Part shown: piece by piece, positions 38,633 through 47,812 of the stretch | How the letters are laid out: every line of letters begins with the position of its first letter | Position numbering within the stretch: the stretch's first letter is position 1 | Made by a program: the position numbers and the translations under genes | The notes under the pieces: generated by a model | What the model saw: only the letters and a program-made list of their open reading frames with translations | What the model was told of the DNA's origin: nothing | Databases searched by the model: none | Origin: Sphingobacteriales bacterium | GTDB taxonomy: Bacteria; Bacteroidota; Bacteroidia; Chitinophagales; JADIYW01 | NCBI GenBank assembly: GCA_043757615.1 | Contig: JAYVPA010000181.1 | Span: 1 to 48,318 of the forward strand | Length of the DNA stretch: 48,318 nt | Direction of reading: 5' to 3'

Positions 38633-38747
38633 AACCACATAGATAGATAGACAAAATCTATGTAAATTCATAGAACTCTATATTATCGCTTTGATAAAAA
38701 ACATAGAGAAGAAATAATTTCTTTTATACTATGTTACTATGTGGTTT
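38633..38747. repeat. Long imperfect palindromic intergenic element, copy B (CATAG/CTATG-rich)
   Basis: Left end AACCACATAGATAGATAG, right end CTATGTTACTATGTGGTTT (its reverse complement is AAACCACATAGTAACATAG). Shares termini with 3318..3479. Confidence 0.7.
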
Positions 38748-38766
38748 AATTTTTAAATAAAAAACA

Positions 38767-39813
38767 ATGAGAAGAATAACTTCTCCTAATGTAATATCAT
38801 TATACGCAAGCATGGCAGTAGCAATTTTTTCTACTGCCATCTTTTTGTTTATCAGTATCGTTTTTGAACTTGCGACACCGCCAAAAGATTACCTGATTTA
38901 CACACTGATTATTTTCATTATGACTTTCTTTTGTTTCCGCTTTATTCTCGTGCGTTTTATTTACAGTAAAATTAAAGTGATTTATAAAACAATCGGCAAG
39001 CCTTTAAAATTTCAGACTGAAATAAAAGAGGGAAGTAATAACATGCTTAGAAATGTAGAACGTGATGTGGCCGAATGGGCAATTAATAAAAATAAACAAA
39101 TACGCGAACTGCGTAAAATGGAACAATACAGAAAAGAGTTTGTAGGAAATGTTTCGCACGAATTAAAGACACCCATCTTTAATGCACAAGGTTATATAGA
39201 AACAGTATTAGACAGTGATCTGGATGACCCTGAATTTATCAAACAATATTTAGAAAAAGCTAACAGCAATATAGAACGACTGGAAACGATAGTAACAGAT
39301 TTACTGGAGATATCTAAATTTGAAACAGGAAGAATCCAACTGGAAAAAGAAGCTTTTGATTTGGTGAAATTAATCAAGAAAGTTTTTTTTCAGTATCAGC
39401 ATATTGCGCAGCAGCAGCAGGTAACACTGACGGTTCAGAGCGAGGAAAACACTATTTTTGTTTTTGCAGACCCGAAAATGATTATACAGGTGCTGGAAAA
39501 TCTTATTTCTAATTCTATAAAATATGGTAAAGCGGGAGGCAACACAGACATTTCTTTTTATGATTTGGATGACCAGTTTTTAGTGGAGATTTCTGATGAC
39601 GGTCCCGGGATTGAAGCGGAGCATCTGCCGCGTTTGTTTGAACGGTTTTACCGTGCGGATAAAAGCAGGAACAGAAAAATAAATGGTACTGGTTTGGGTT
39701 TGTCTATCGTGAAAAATATTATCGAAGCACATGAACAAACCATTAATGTAAGAAGCGAACCGGATAAAGGAACTACGTTTAGTTTTACGCTGCAGAAATA
39801 TATTCCGGAGTAA
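38767..39813 (+). CDS. Sensor histidine kinase (HisKA + HATPase_c), PhoR/WalK-like
   Basis: Two N-terminal TMs, H-box FVGNVSHELKTP, N-box NLISNSIKY, G-boxes DDGPGI and GTGLGLSI. Confidence 0.9.
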   Translation: MRRITSPNVISLYASMAVAIFSTAIFLFISIVFELATPPKDYLIYTLIIFIMTFFCFRFILVRFIYSKIKVIYKTIGKPLKFQTEIKEGSNNMLRNVERDVAEWAINKNKQIRELRKMEQYRKEFVGNVSHELKTPIFNAQGYIETVLDSDLDDPEFIKQYLEKANSNIERLETIVTDLLEISKFETGRIQLEKEAFDLVKLIKKVFFQYQHIAQQQQVTLTVQSEENTIFVFADPKMIIQVLENLISNSIKYGKAGGNTDISFYDLDDQFLVEISDDGPGIEAEHLPRLFERFYRADKSRNRKINGTGLGLSIVKNIIEAHEQTINVRSEPDKGTTFSFTLQKYIPE

Positions 39814-39820
39814 CCAAAAT

Positions 39821-41170
39821 CTAAAACTCACAATACCTCACAGCTTTTGTTTTATAAATAATTTTTCCTGTACTGTTTTTTACTACTAAAATATTTACAC
39901 CAACCGAAAAATCATTTACGTTTAAGTAGATAACATTTTGTGAAGTTTTATAATCTGTTTTTTGTTGTGAGATTATTTTTCCCGTTTCGTTTACAATCAA
40001 TATCGTCAGGGTTTCATCCACGGGATGCCTGATATTTAATTTAGGCTGCAACAAACACGTAATTGGATTCGGTGTCAGACTAATGTAATCATTTCCGGTT
40101 TCAACGCTGTCTTTTTTACACCAGTAAAATGTTTCAAAATTATTGCAGTCTCCTAAGGGTACCGAAGAAACGGAATCGCTTGCAACCTGGGTAGAATAAA
40201 CAAAGTTATTCTGAACAGTTCCTTTTATAAAAGCAACCGACTTTTTTGTAATATAATTGAAAGCTTCTGCATCACCGCCATCAGGATGTGTGATTGTATT
40301 GAACCCATGATTATACCCGCAGAATACATGCAGGCTGTATGGCGTATTGTCTTGTTCTAAAATTTTCGTGAAAATTCCCGGACCGTAGGAAGGTATAGTA
40401 TTGCTGCAGTTTCCAAGCCATCCATTATAAAAATCTACAGCACCGTCACATGAATTATTAAACAGCAGCACCGGACATTTTTTTATTATAGAGGCATTGC
40501 GCGAATAAAAACCGCCTACAAGACTAATGATACCTGCAACGTCTGTAGAGTTGGTGAAATTATTATCCTGTAAATCAAGACTGCCTAAACGACTTAGTCT
40601 ATCTGCGTCCACAGTTGCATCATTCATGTACAAATTATGGAGCACTAAAAAACCACCGGAACTGACACCGAGTAAAAATATTTTGTTGGAATCGATACCA
40701 AGAGCTACCGCATTTGCTTTGCAATAACGGATCAACGCTCTGTTGTCTTGATACGCACGATGTGCTGCATCTTCGAACTTTTCAGGAGTTGCGCTTTCAC
40801 ATAATCCCTTTGTTTCTGATTCCGCCCAGCCTTGTCTGAAGTCAGCAGCTACGGCACTTATATTTGCTGCAGTGAAAGCATCCGCAAAATATCTTACAAC
40901 AGCTATATTTCTGTCGCCGGACGCATAACCGCCGCCGTGAAAAATAATCACTAATGGCAAACCTGTAGAAAACAAGGCCGGTTTAAAGAGATCCGCTTTT
41001 ATATCTACATTTTGTCCGAAGTAATCTTTATTATTTCCATAAGTAAAAGTGGTCTTGATGGTTTCAGTACCCGTTTCCCTATTTACAGGATTTGTTTGTG
41101 CAAAAACGGATGCATTCAATAAAATAACAGCACATATAAGAAGATAAAAACCAAACGTTGTCTTATGCAT
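39821..41170 (-). CDS. Secreted alpha/beta-hydrolase (HSL-family esterase/lipase) with a T9SS C-terminal sorting domain
   Basis: Signal peptide, oxyanion HGGGY, nucleophile elbow GVSSGG. The ~80 aa C-terminal beta-sandwich ending ...ILVVKNSTGKIIYKTKAVRY is typical of type A T9SS CTDs. Confidence 0.75.
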   Translation of the reverse strand: MHKTTFGFYLLICAVILLNASVFAQTNPVNRETGTETIKTTFTYGNNKDYFGQNVDIKADLFKPALFSTGLPLVIIFHGGGYASGDRNIAVVRYFADAFTAANISAVAADFRQGWAESETKGLCESATPEKFEDAAHRAYQDNRALIRYCKANAVALGIDSNKIFLLGVSSGGFLVLHNLYMNDATVDADRLSRLGSLDLQDNNFTNSTDVAGIISLVGGFYSRNASIIKKCPVLLFNNSCDGAVDFYNGWLGNCSNTIPSYGPGIFTKILEQDNTPYSLHVFCGYNHGFNTITHPDGGDAEAFNYITKKSVAFIKGTVQNNFVYSTQVASDSVSSVPLGDCNNFETFYWCKKDSVETGNDYISLTPNPITCLLQPKLNIRHPVDETLTILIVNETGKIISQQKTDYKTSQNVIYLNVNDFSVGVNILVVKNSTGKIIYKTKAVRYCEF

Positions 41171-41624
41171 ATTTCTCTATAATTTTAGTACAAGCTTTAT
41201 CCAGCATTTCAAAAACAGTCTGGAAACCATTGTCATCAAAATAAGGATCAGGCACGCTCCTGTTCTCATCGGGATAAACCTCCTCCATAATTAATTTAAT
41301 TTTGTTTTCTTCTTCCTTATCAAAAGCCCATCGCATCAAATCCCTGTAGTTAGAAGTATCCATTGCAAAAATCAAATCATATTCTTCATAGTCCGAACTA
41401 TTTGTGCTTCTGGCACGCTGCTCCGAGATATCTATGCCATTTTGTATTGCCACTTGTACAGAACGTTTATCCGGTGCTGATCCCATATGCCATTTTCCCG
41501 TACCTGCACTGTCGATATGCCAGTCTAAGTTTTTTTGTGCGCATTTATGTCTCAGGATGCCTTCCGCAAGCGGGGAGCGGCAAATATTTCCTAAACAAAC
41601 CATTAAAACTTTCATTGGCAGCAT
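41163..41624 (-). CDS. Low-molecular-weight protein-tyrosine phosphatase
   Basis: P-loop CLGNICRS (CX5R-S) at the N-terminus, DP motif (VPDPYF) near the C-terminus. 8-nt overlap with the downstream esterase gene. Confidence 0.9.
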   Translation of the reverse strand: MLPMKVLMVCLGNICRSPLAEGILRHKCAQKNLDWHIDSAGTGKWHMGSAPDKRSVQVAIQNGIDISEQRARSTNSSDYEEYDLIFAMDTSNYRDLMRWAFDKEEENKIKLIMEEVYPDENRSVPDPYFDDNGFQTVFEMLDKACTKIIEKYA

Positions 41625-41642
41625 TTTTGTAAATCTTACGGT

Positions 41643-42512
41643 ATGAAAAACAAAAATGAATGTTTTATCTTACAACGCAAAATGCAGCGTCTTATTTTTA
41701 TCATATTATTTTTAATTCCCGGAATAGCCTTTTCTATCAGTAAGAAAAACTGGAAACAAACACCGACGGGAATCTATTACAGAATATATACAAAAGATAC
41801 AACAAAAGAAAAACCTGTGTATGGTGACCATATCTGGATGCACCTGCGTAAATTTTCTCCAAAACAAAAAGAGGTTTTTAATACCAGGGTTTTTGACACG
41901 AAGAATGGTGTCGAAATGGATTATAAAAAGTCTGCCAAAGAAACAGATGTTACAGAGATTTTTTCTTTAATGGGTATAGGAGATTCCGCCATTGTAAAAA
42001 TTCCGGGTAATATATTAGACAGTAACGGAAGCGCAAAAAAATATTACACATTTTGGCTGAACCTGTTAGACTTTAGAACTAAATCTGTTTATGAATCTGA
42101 AAAAACGGAGCATTACAATCAACAGGTTATTCTAGATTCTTTATCTATTGCAGATTACCTGAAAAATAATGACATGAAGGATGTTAAGTCCGATGAATAC
42201 GGTAACTGGTATTTTAGAAAAGAACCGGGTACAGATGTACAGGTGAAAGACGGCGACAGTATATCTATACATTACGTAGGAAAAATGCTGAATGGAAAAG
42301 AGTTTGATAATTCATATGAAAGGAAACAGCCATTGTTATTTGTAGTCGGTAAAAAACAAGTGATAGAAGGTTTAGATAAAGGCATCCGCAATTTTTATGT
42401 TGGTGATAAAGGATTGCTGATCATTCCAAGCAGATTTGGTTATGGTGATAAAGAAGTCGGCAAGATACTCCCAAATTCCGTTTTAGTTTTCGTGATAGAG
42501 ATTTTAAAATGA
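41643..42512 (+). CDS. FKBP-type peptidyl-prolyl cis-trans isomerase, exported
   Basis: C-terminal FKBP domain (VHYVGKMLNGKEFDNSY...GLDKG...IPSRFGYG). The signal peptide starts at the internal Met (alternative start 41682). Confidence 0.85.
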   Translation: MKNKNECFILQRKMQRLIFIILFLIPGIAFSISKKNWKQTPTGIYYRIYTKDTTKEKPVYGDHIWMHLRKFSPKQKEVFNTRVFDTKNGVEMDYKKSAKETDVTEIFSLMGIGDSAIVKIPGNILDSNGSAKKYYTFWLNLLDFRTKSVYESEKTEHYNQQVILDSLSIADYLKNNDMKDVKSDEYGNWYFRKEPGTDVQVKDGDSISIHYVGKMLNGKEFDNSYERKQPLLFVVGKKQVIEGLDKGIRNFYVGDKGLLIIPSRFGYGDKEVGKILPNSVLVFVIEILK

Positions 42513-42513
42513 T

Positions 42514-43518
42514 TTAATTAATGTGTAAATGCGGTCCTAAGAATTTACCACCATTAAAATGAATTAAATGGTCTGGATTATCAGCTGTCCATACTTCGCT
42601 TTCCCATCCAATATCAGATGCATTTTTCTTGAATGCAGCTTTTGATGTAAATGCTGTTATAAATATTAAATCCGCTTTACAATTTTTAAGCTCCTTCTTT
42701 AATTCAAAAATTCTCTCTTCATCCATTGGACCAGAAGTATAAAATGCTTCTATTAAAAAAAGCCAATTTTTTTTAGAGTCGTAAGCAACAATATCAGGTA
42801 AAGCGCCATGTAAAAGTTCAAAAAAACCAAGTTCTTGTAACTTACCATCTTCACGTAACAAAAATTTATTTGCAGCATCACCCACATATAATATTTCACA
42901 ACCGTTACCATATCGAGGTAAAAATTCTTCAATTATTTCTCTTATAAGTTGATTATGTCCTCCTTGTGAAAAATCTAATGTATGACCAGTAGGTAATTTT
43001 ACTCTAACTTTTGGCATATCTTTTTTTCTTCTAAGAATATCTGCTAATGATGGTTTATTTTTAATAAACAATTTCAGTTTAATATCCCATTCATTTGAAT
43101 TATAAAAGAGCAATAAATCTTTAAAGTCAGAACTCAATGCATTACCTCTAGTTGGGTCATTTCTTGCTGCGCTAGGATTATCAGCACTATTCTGTATAAG
43201 ATCTGCTAATACAAGTAACTTTAAATCTCTTCTTTTTATATCATCATAGGAACCAAATGAACGATTTTCCTCAAAATTATCATTAATATACTTTATTATT
43301 TCTCTTGTTGTTAGATGTCTATTTTCACTTTGACCTTTTGCTTCTTTCCAGCTTTTTGAAACGTCAGCAACTGCAAGAAATGCCATTGCCATGTTTTCAA
43401 GACCTCTTGAGCTTTTACCAGAAAAAGGAATTCCAACACATTTTAAAATATCAAGAGCTTCATTAATTATCTTCTTGACATTATCTGATTTTTTTGATTT
43501 TGAAATATAATCAAACAT
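42514..43518 (-). CDS. Type II restriction endonuclease, BsuBI/PstI family
   Basis: C-terminal signature LPDIVAYDSKKNWLFLIEAFYTSGP...FITAF...IGWESEVWTADNPDHLIHFNGGKFLGPH matches my memory of the BsuBI/PstI C-terminal domain. 14 nt downstream of a DNA methyltransferase. Confidence 0.75.
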   Translation of the reverse strand: MFDYISKSKKSDNVKKIINEALDILKCVGIPFSGKSSRGLENMAMAFLAVADVSKSWKEAKGQSENRHLTTREIIKYINDNFEENRSFGSYDDIKRRDLKLLVLADLIQNSADNPSAARNDPTRGNALSSDFKDLLLFYNSNEWDIKLKLFIKNKPSLADILRRKKDMPKVRVKLPTGHTLDFSQGGHNQLIREIIEEFLPRYGNGCEILYVGDAANKFLLREDGKLQELGFFELLHGALPDIVAYDSKKNWLFLIEAFYTSGPMDEERIFELKKELKNCKADLIFITAFTSKAAFKKNASDIGWESEVWTADNPDHLIHFNGGKFLGPHLHIN

Positions 43519-43532
43519 AAAGATTAATCATT

Positions 43533-44513
43533 TTATACCAATGAGGATTGTTTGATTGGTATTCTTCTTTTACTATGACATTCTTTTATAGCTACAGCAA
43601 TTTTATAGGCAAATAATGGTGGTACTGCATTTCCAATTTGATAGTATTGACTTGTATCTGTTCCTTCAAATTCAAAAGTATCAGGAAAACTTTGAAGCCT
43701 TGCTGCTTCTCTAATAAGGAGCCTTCGCCTTTTACCGTTTGGTAGTTTTACTCGTTGCATATCACCTGTAGCAGCTGAAAGATTCCTACATGTCAAAGTA
43801 CGTGCTGGTCTGTCGGGATATAAATCTCTTGGGTTTATACATTTTGATGCTTTTTCATAGTTGCTAATATATAAATCTTGAGAAGCAGTTAAAAATTTAC
43901 TTTCAGATGGTGCTATATGCATCATGTCTGAAATAGCATCTCCTACAGTATATTTATGACTTTCTTGTTCTGGAAAAATAAATTTTGAATTATGACCTAC
44001 CACAACTAATCGTTCTCTATTTTGCGGTACTCCAAAATTTACAGCATTTAATAATTTAAATTCAATTTGATATCCCAAATCTCTAAGTTCGTCAAGAATA
44101 ATTTCAAAATACCATTTATTAGAATAAAGTAAGCCCCTTACATTTTCAAACATGAATACCTTAGGGTTTACTTTTCGAATAGCGTCAATAAATATTGGAA
44201 ATCCATTACGCGGATCTTCAATTCCTTTTTGATTACCACCTACACTAAAAGGTTGGCATGGAGGACCACCAATGATTATATCTGCTTTAGGATAATTAAA
44301 ATTTAAATCTAGTTTTTCAATATAGCACTTTCCCAAAAGATTTTTATTGTAAGTATTTGCGGCGTCTGGATTCATTTCATAACCGATAGTCTTAAATCCA
44401 ATAGCCTCAAAACCTAATGATAATCCGCCACAACCAGCAAATAAATCAAGAACAACTGCTTTCTCAGATTGCCTTGGTTGCAAAATATTATTTATATGGT
44501 CGACGTAATTCAT
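43533..44513 (-). CDS. DNA (cytosine-5)-methyltransferase
   Basis: All conserved m5C MTase motifs are present: I DLFAGCGG, IV GGPPCQPFS, VI ENV, VIII QNRERL, IX REAARLQSFPD, X GNAVPP. Confidence 0.95.
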   Translation of the reverse strand: MNYVDHINNILQPRQSEKAVVLDLFAGCGGLSLGFEAIGFKTIGYEMNPDAANTYNKNLLGKCYIEKLDLNFNYPKADIIIGGPPCQPFSVGGNQKGIEDPRNGFPIFIDAIRKVNPKVFMFENVRGLLYSNKWYFEIILDELRDLGYQIEFKLLNAVNFGVPQNRERLVVVGHNSKFIFPEQESHKYTVGDAISDMMHIAPSESKFLTASQDLYISNYEKASKCINPRDLYPDRPARTLTCRNLSAATGDMQRVKLPNGKRRRLLIREAARLQSFPDTFEFEGTDTSQYYQIGNAVPPLFAYKIAVAIKECHSKRRIPIKQSSLV

Positions 44514-44671
44514 TAAAAAATGGCTTTCTGCTAAAATATAGCAAAAAAATGAGAAAAATATTAAATTTTATATACTTCTGTTGATTTATCTTAATTAAAT
44601 GTTCAAAAATTAATTGAGAATCGTAATTATTGGCAAATATTTTATCATCTCTATAATTTTGCTTTTCAATT

Positions 44672-47600
44672 TTATATTTGTCCTTCTGAAGCAGGAGTTA
44701 TAACGAGGGCAGATTCTTTACTTTTTCTTCCTGATATTTTCTCTTTCAATCTGTCGAATAGATAATAAACAGTCGGTACAACAACTAAGGTTAATAATAA
44801 GGAACTTGTTAAACCGCCAATGATTACCCACGCCATAGAGCGTTTAAATTCAGAACCCGGTCCGTTTGATAACGCGATTGGCAACATACCAAAAATCATG
44901 GCAACTGTAGTCATTAAGATTGGTCGTAAACGTTCTTTGCCCGCTTCTATCAATGCTTCTTTCATCTGCAGACCTTGCTCCTTTAAATGATTGGTAAAGT
45001 CGACTAATAATATACCGTTTTTCGCAACCAGACCCATCAGCATGATAAAACCGATGATACCGAAAATACTTAAACTTTCCATTGTTAATGACAAGGCTAA
45101 GATGGCACCGATTAATGCAACAGGGATGGAGAATAAAACAACGAACGGATATAAGGTGCTTTCATATAATGCGACCATAATTAAGTACACTAATAAAATA
45201 CCAAGACCCATCGCAATTCCTAAACTGCCGAATGATTCACCCTGGTTTTTTTGTTCACCTAAATATTCTATACCAACTGTGGAAGGAAAACCTGCAGCAT
45301 CGATTTGTTTTTTAATGTCTGCCGTTACAGAACCGGTTGGTCTTCCTACGGATGAAGCAAGCACCTGAATAGAATTTAACCTGTTATATCTTTCCAGTAC
45401 GGCTTGTCCTTGTGTTTCTTCGATGGTTGCAACATCTCCTAATCGAATGATGGCACCTTGCGGTGTTTGCAAAGTAGTGTTTGCAAGATTTTCTATATTC
45501 TTTTTATCTGATTTATCGTACATGATATTAATGGCATAATCTTCACCATTGTCTTTAAACTTAGACTGGTCATTTCCACGGAATGCCAATTGAATGGCGG
45601 CACCAACGCTGGGAATATTCATTCCCATTTTTGCAACTTTATCCCTGTCTAATTTTATCTGCACTTCTGTTTTCAAAGACTTGGTACTATATTCAACATA
45701 ATCTGCACCGGGAGTTTTAGTGATGATTGCTTTCACTTTTTTTGCTGCCGCCCATAGCTCCTCCGTATTGGCACCGGTAATCACTACCTGTATCTGTGGC
45801 TGGTTATTTCCCGTAATCTGCGTTGGCTTCATCGAAAATTTAATGCCGGGAATACTGTCTAACCGCGGGCGAATTTCAGCGCAGAATTGTTCCGTAGAAA
45901 GTGTACGGTCTAATTTATTTACCAAACCAACAGTCATATCCGCCTGGTTAGGTGTGGAAATGCTTCCACCCATCATAGTACCCGTCGCGCCTACATTTGT
46001 AAATACTTTGGTTACTTCTTTATAAGATAAAATGATTTGTTCTATTTGTTGTGTAACGCGATTTGTTTGCGCCAGAGTGGCTTGCGGATCTAATTCTACA
46101 ATCAAATTAAATTCACCTCTGTCGCCGTTACCTGCAAATGAACTTCCGATAAATCCAAAGAATCCTAAACTTCCGGCACCTGCAAATAATAAGATTACGC
46201 CAATGATTACATATCTTTTATGTTCCAAAGCCCATTTTAAAATTCTTCCGTAAGCAGCAATCAGTTTATCAATCTGATTTTCAAAAGCGATATTTAATCT
46301 GCCCCAAAGCGAGTTTTTATTGAGGTGTTCCAGTTTTCCAAAACGCGAAACCAGTAATGGTGTTAAGGTAAATGAAACGAATAAACTCATCAATGTAGAA
46401 AATACTACCACCAGTGCAAACTCCCGTAATATATTTCCGATCAGACCGCCCGCCATTGCTAAGGGAACGAATACAACCACATCGACTAATGTAATAGCTA
46501 ATGCAGTAAATCCGATTTCTGCACGGCCATCCAGTGAAGCAGTCACCCTGTCTTTTCCCATTTCCATATGACGGAAAATATTTTCCAACACCACAATACT
46601 ATCATCCACGAGAATACCAACGACTAATGAAAGTGCAAGTAAAGTCATGAGGTTCAGCGAAAATCCCATAAGGTACATTAATAAGAATGTTGGAATCATA
46701 GCTGATGGAAGTGATATTAAAATAAACATCGAACTTCTAAAACTGTGTAAGAAAATCAACATTACAACCGCAACAATCAATACCGCTAAAAATAAATCAT
46801 GGATGACAGATTTTGCAGACTCCATAGTATAAACAGACTGATCTATCGCAACTTCATATTTAAATCCTTTGGATTGATATTGCTGTACGAGCGTATCTAA
46901 TTTTGCTTTTACCTGTGTGCTTACTTCTACCGCATTCGCATCTGTCTGTTTAAAAACTTCCACACCTAAGCCTACTTTTCCATTTATGCGGTTAATGGTT
47001 GTTGGTGTTGCCGTAGCATCTGTAACGGTGGCGATGTCTTGTAAAATAATTTTACTGCCATTTTTATTTTCACGGATAATAAGATTACGTAAGGCGTTCA
47101 CATCTTTTAGTTTTTCATCTAAGCGAATGGTGAAACGGTTATCTGAATTTTCAATATTTCCTGCAGGATACGACATATTTCCCGCGGCAACCATCTGACT
47201 TACCTGCGCAGACGATAAATTATATGCCTGTAATTTTTCATTATCCAGTTTCACTTCTATTTCGCGTTGATTACCGCCTGTTAAGTGTACCTGTGCAACG
47301 CCCGGAACATTTAATAAAATGGGTTTGATGGTCTGGTCCACTAAATTGTATAATTCAGTCTCGCCCAGATTTCCAAATGTACTCATCTTTAAAACAGCAA
47401 TATCGCTGGAACTGAATTTACTGATGACAGGTTCATCCACACCATCCGGTAATTCGCTTTTTATATTGTTTATTTTTCGCTGTGCATCTGTTTGCGCAGT
47501 ACTTGCATTTGATTTTTGTTTTAACTGAATCGTTACAACAGAAACATTTTCCTGAGAAGAAGATGACATTACGTCTACGCCTTCAATAGAAGAAACCGCA

Positions 47601-47806
47601 TCTTCAATTTTTTTGGTTACGTTGTTCTGTACTTCTTCTGAAGATGCACCTTTGTAAACAGTTTGTATAGAGATAACCGGTGCCTCAAATTTTGGCAATA
47701 GATTATAGCTCAACTGGCTATAGCCCAAAAAACCAAATATGATTAAGGTAACAAAGATTACACTAATCAGTAATGGTCTTTTTATGGCAATTTCGGTAAT
47801 AGACAT
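44672..47806 (-). CDS. Efflux RND transporter permease subunit (AcrB/HAE1-like)
   Basis: 1044 aa with 12-TM architecture and two large periplasmic loops. N-terminal IKRPLLISVIF and the conserved VGILVDDSIVVLENI motif. Confidence 0.9.
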   Translation of the reverse strand: MSITEIAIKRPLLISVIFVTLIIFGFLGYSQLSYNLLPKFEAPVISIQTVYKGASSEEVQNNVTKKIEDAVSSIEGVDVMSSSSQENVSVVTIQLKQKSNASTAQTDAQRKINNIKSELPDGVDEPVISKFSSSDIAVLKMSTFGNLGETELYNLVDQTIKPILLNVPGVAQVHLTGGNQREIEVKLDNEKLQAYNLSSAQVSQMVAAGNMSYPAGNIENSDNRFTIRLDEKLKDVNALRNLIIRENKNGSKIILQDIATVTDATATPTTINRINGKVGLGVEVFKQTDANAVEVSTQVKAKLDTLVQQYQSKGFKYEVAIDQSVYTMESAKSVIHDLFLAVLIVAVVMLIFLHSFRSSMFILISLPSAMIPTFLLMYLMGFSLNLMTLLALSLVVGILVDDSIVVLENIFRHMEMGKDRVTASLDGRAEIGFTALAITLVDVVVFVPLAMAGGLIGNILREFALVVVFSTLMSLFVSFTLTPLLVSRFGKLEHLNKNSLWGRLNIAFENQIDKLIAAYGRILKWALEHKRYVIIGVILLFAGAGSLGFFGFIGSSFAGNGDRGEFNLIVELDPQATLAQTNRVTQQIEQIILSYKEVTKVFTNVGATGTMMGGSISTPNQADMTVGLVNKLDRTLSTEQFCAEIRPRLDSIPGIKFSMKPTQITGNNQPQIQVVITGANTEELWAAAKKVKAIITKTPGADYVEYSTKSLKTEVQIKLDRDKVAKMGMNIPSVGAAIQLAFRGNDQSKFKDNGEDYAINIMYDKSDKKNIENLANTTLQTPQGAIIRLGDVATIEETQGQAVLERYNRLNSIQVLASSVGRPTGSVTADIKKQIDAAGFPSTVGIEYLGEQKNQGESFGSLGIAMGLGILLVYLIMVALYESTLYPFVVLFSIPVALIGAILALSLTMESLSIFGIIGFIMLMGLVAKNGILLVDFTNHLKEQGLQMKEALIEAGKERLRPILMTTVAMIFGMLPIALSNGPGSEFKRSMAWVIIGGLTSSLLLTLVVVPTVYYLFDRLKEKISGRKSKESALVITPASEGQI

Positions 47807-47812
47807 ATAAGA

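Noticed and set aside
42514-42524. TTAATTAATGT at the left edge of the R-M pair and TTAATTAAATGT at 44591..44602, as possible target-site duplication of the island
   Set aside because: The match is imperfect (one indel) and AT-only. The left copy is the last codons plus stop codon of the endonuclease gene itself, so it cannot be distinguished from coincidence.
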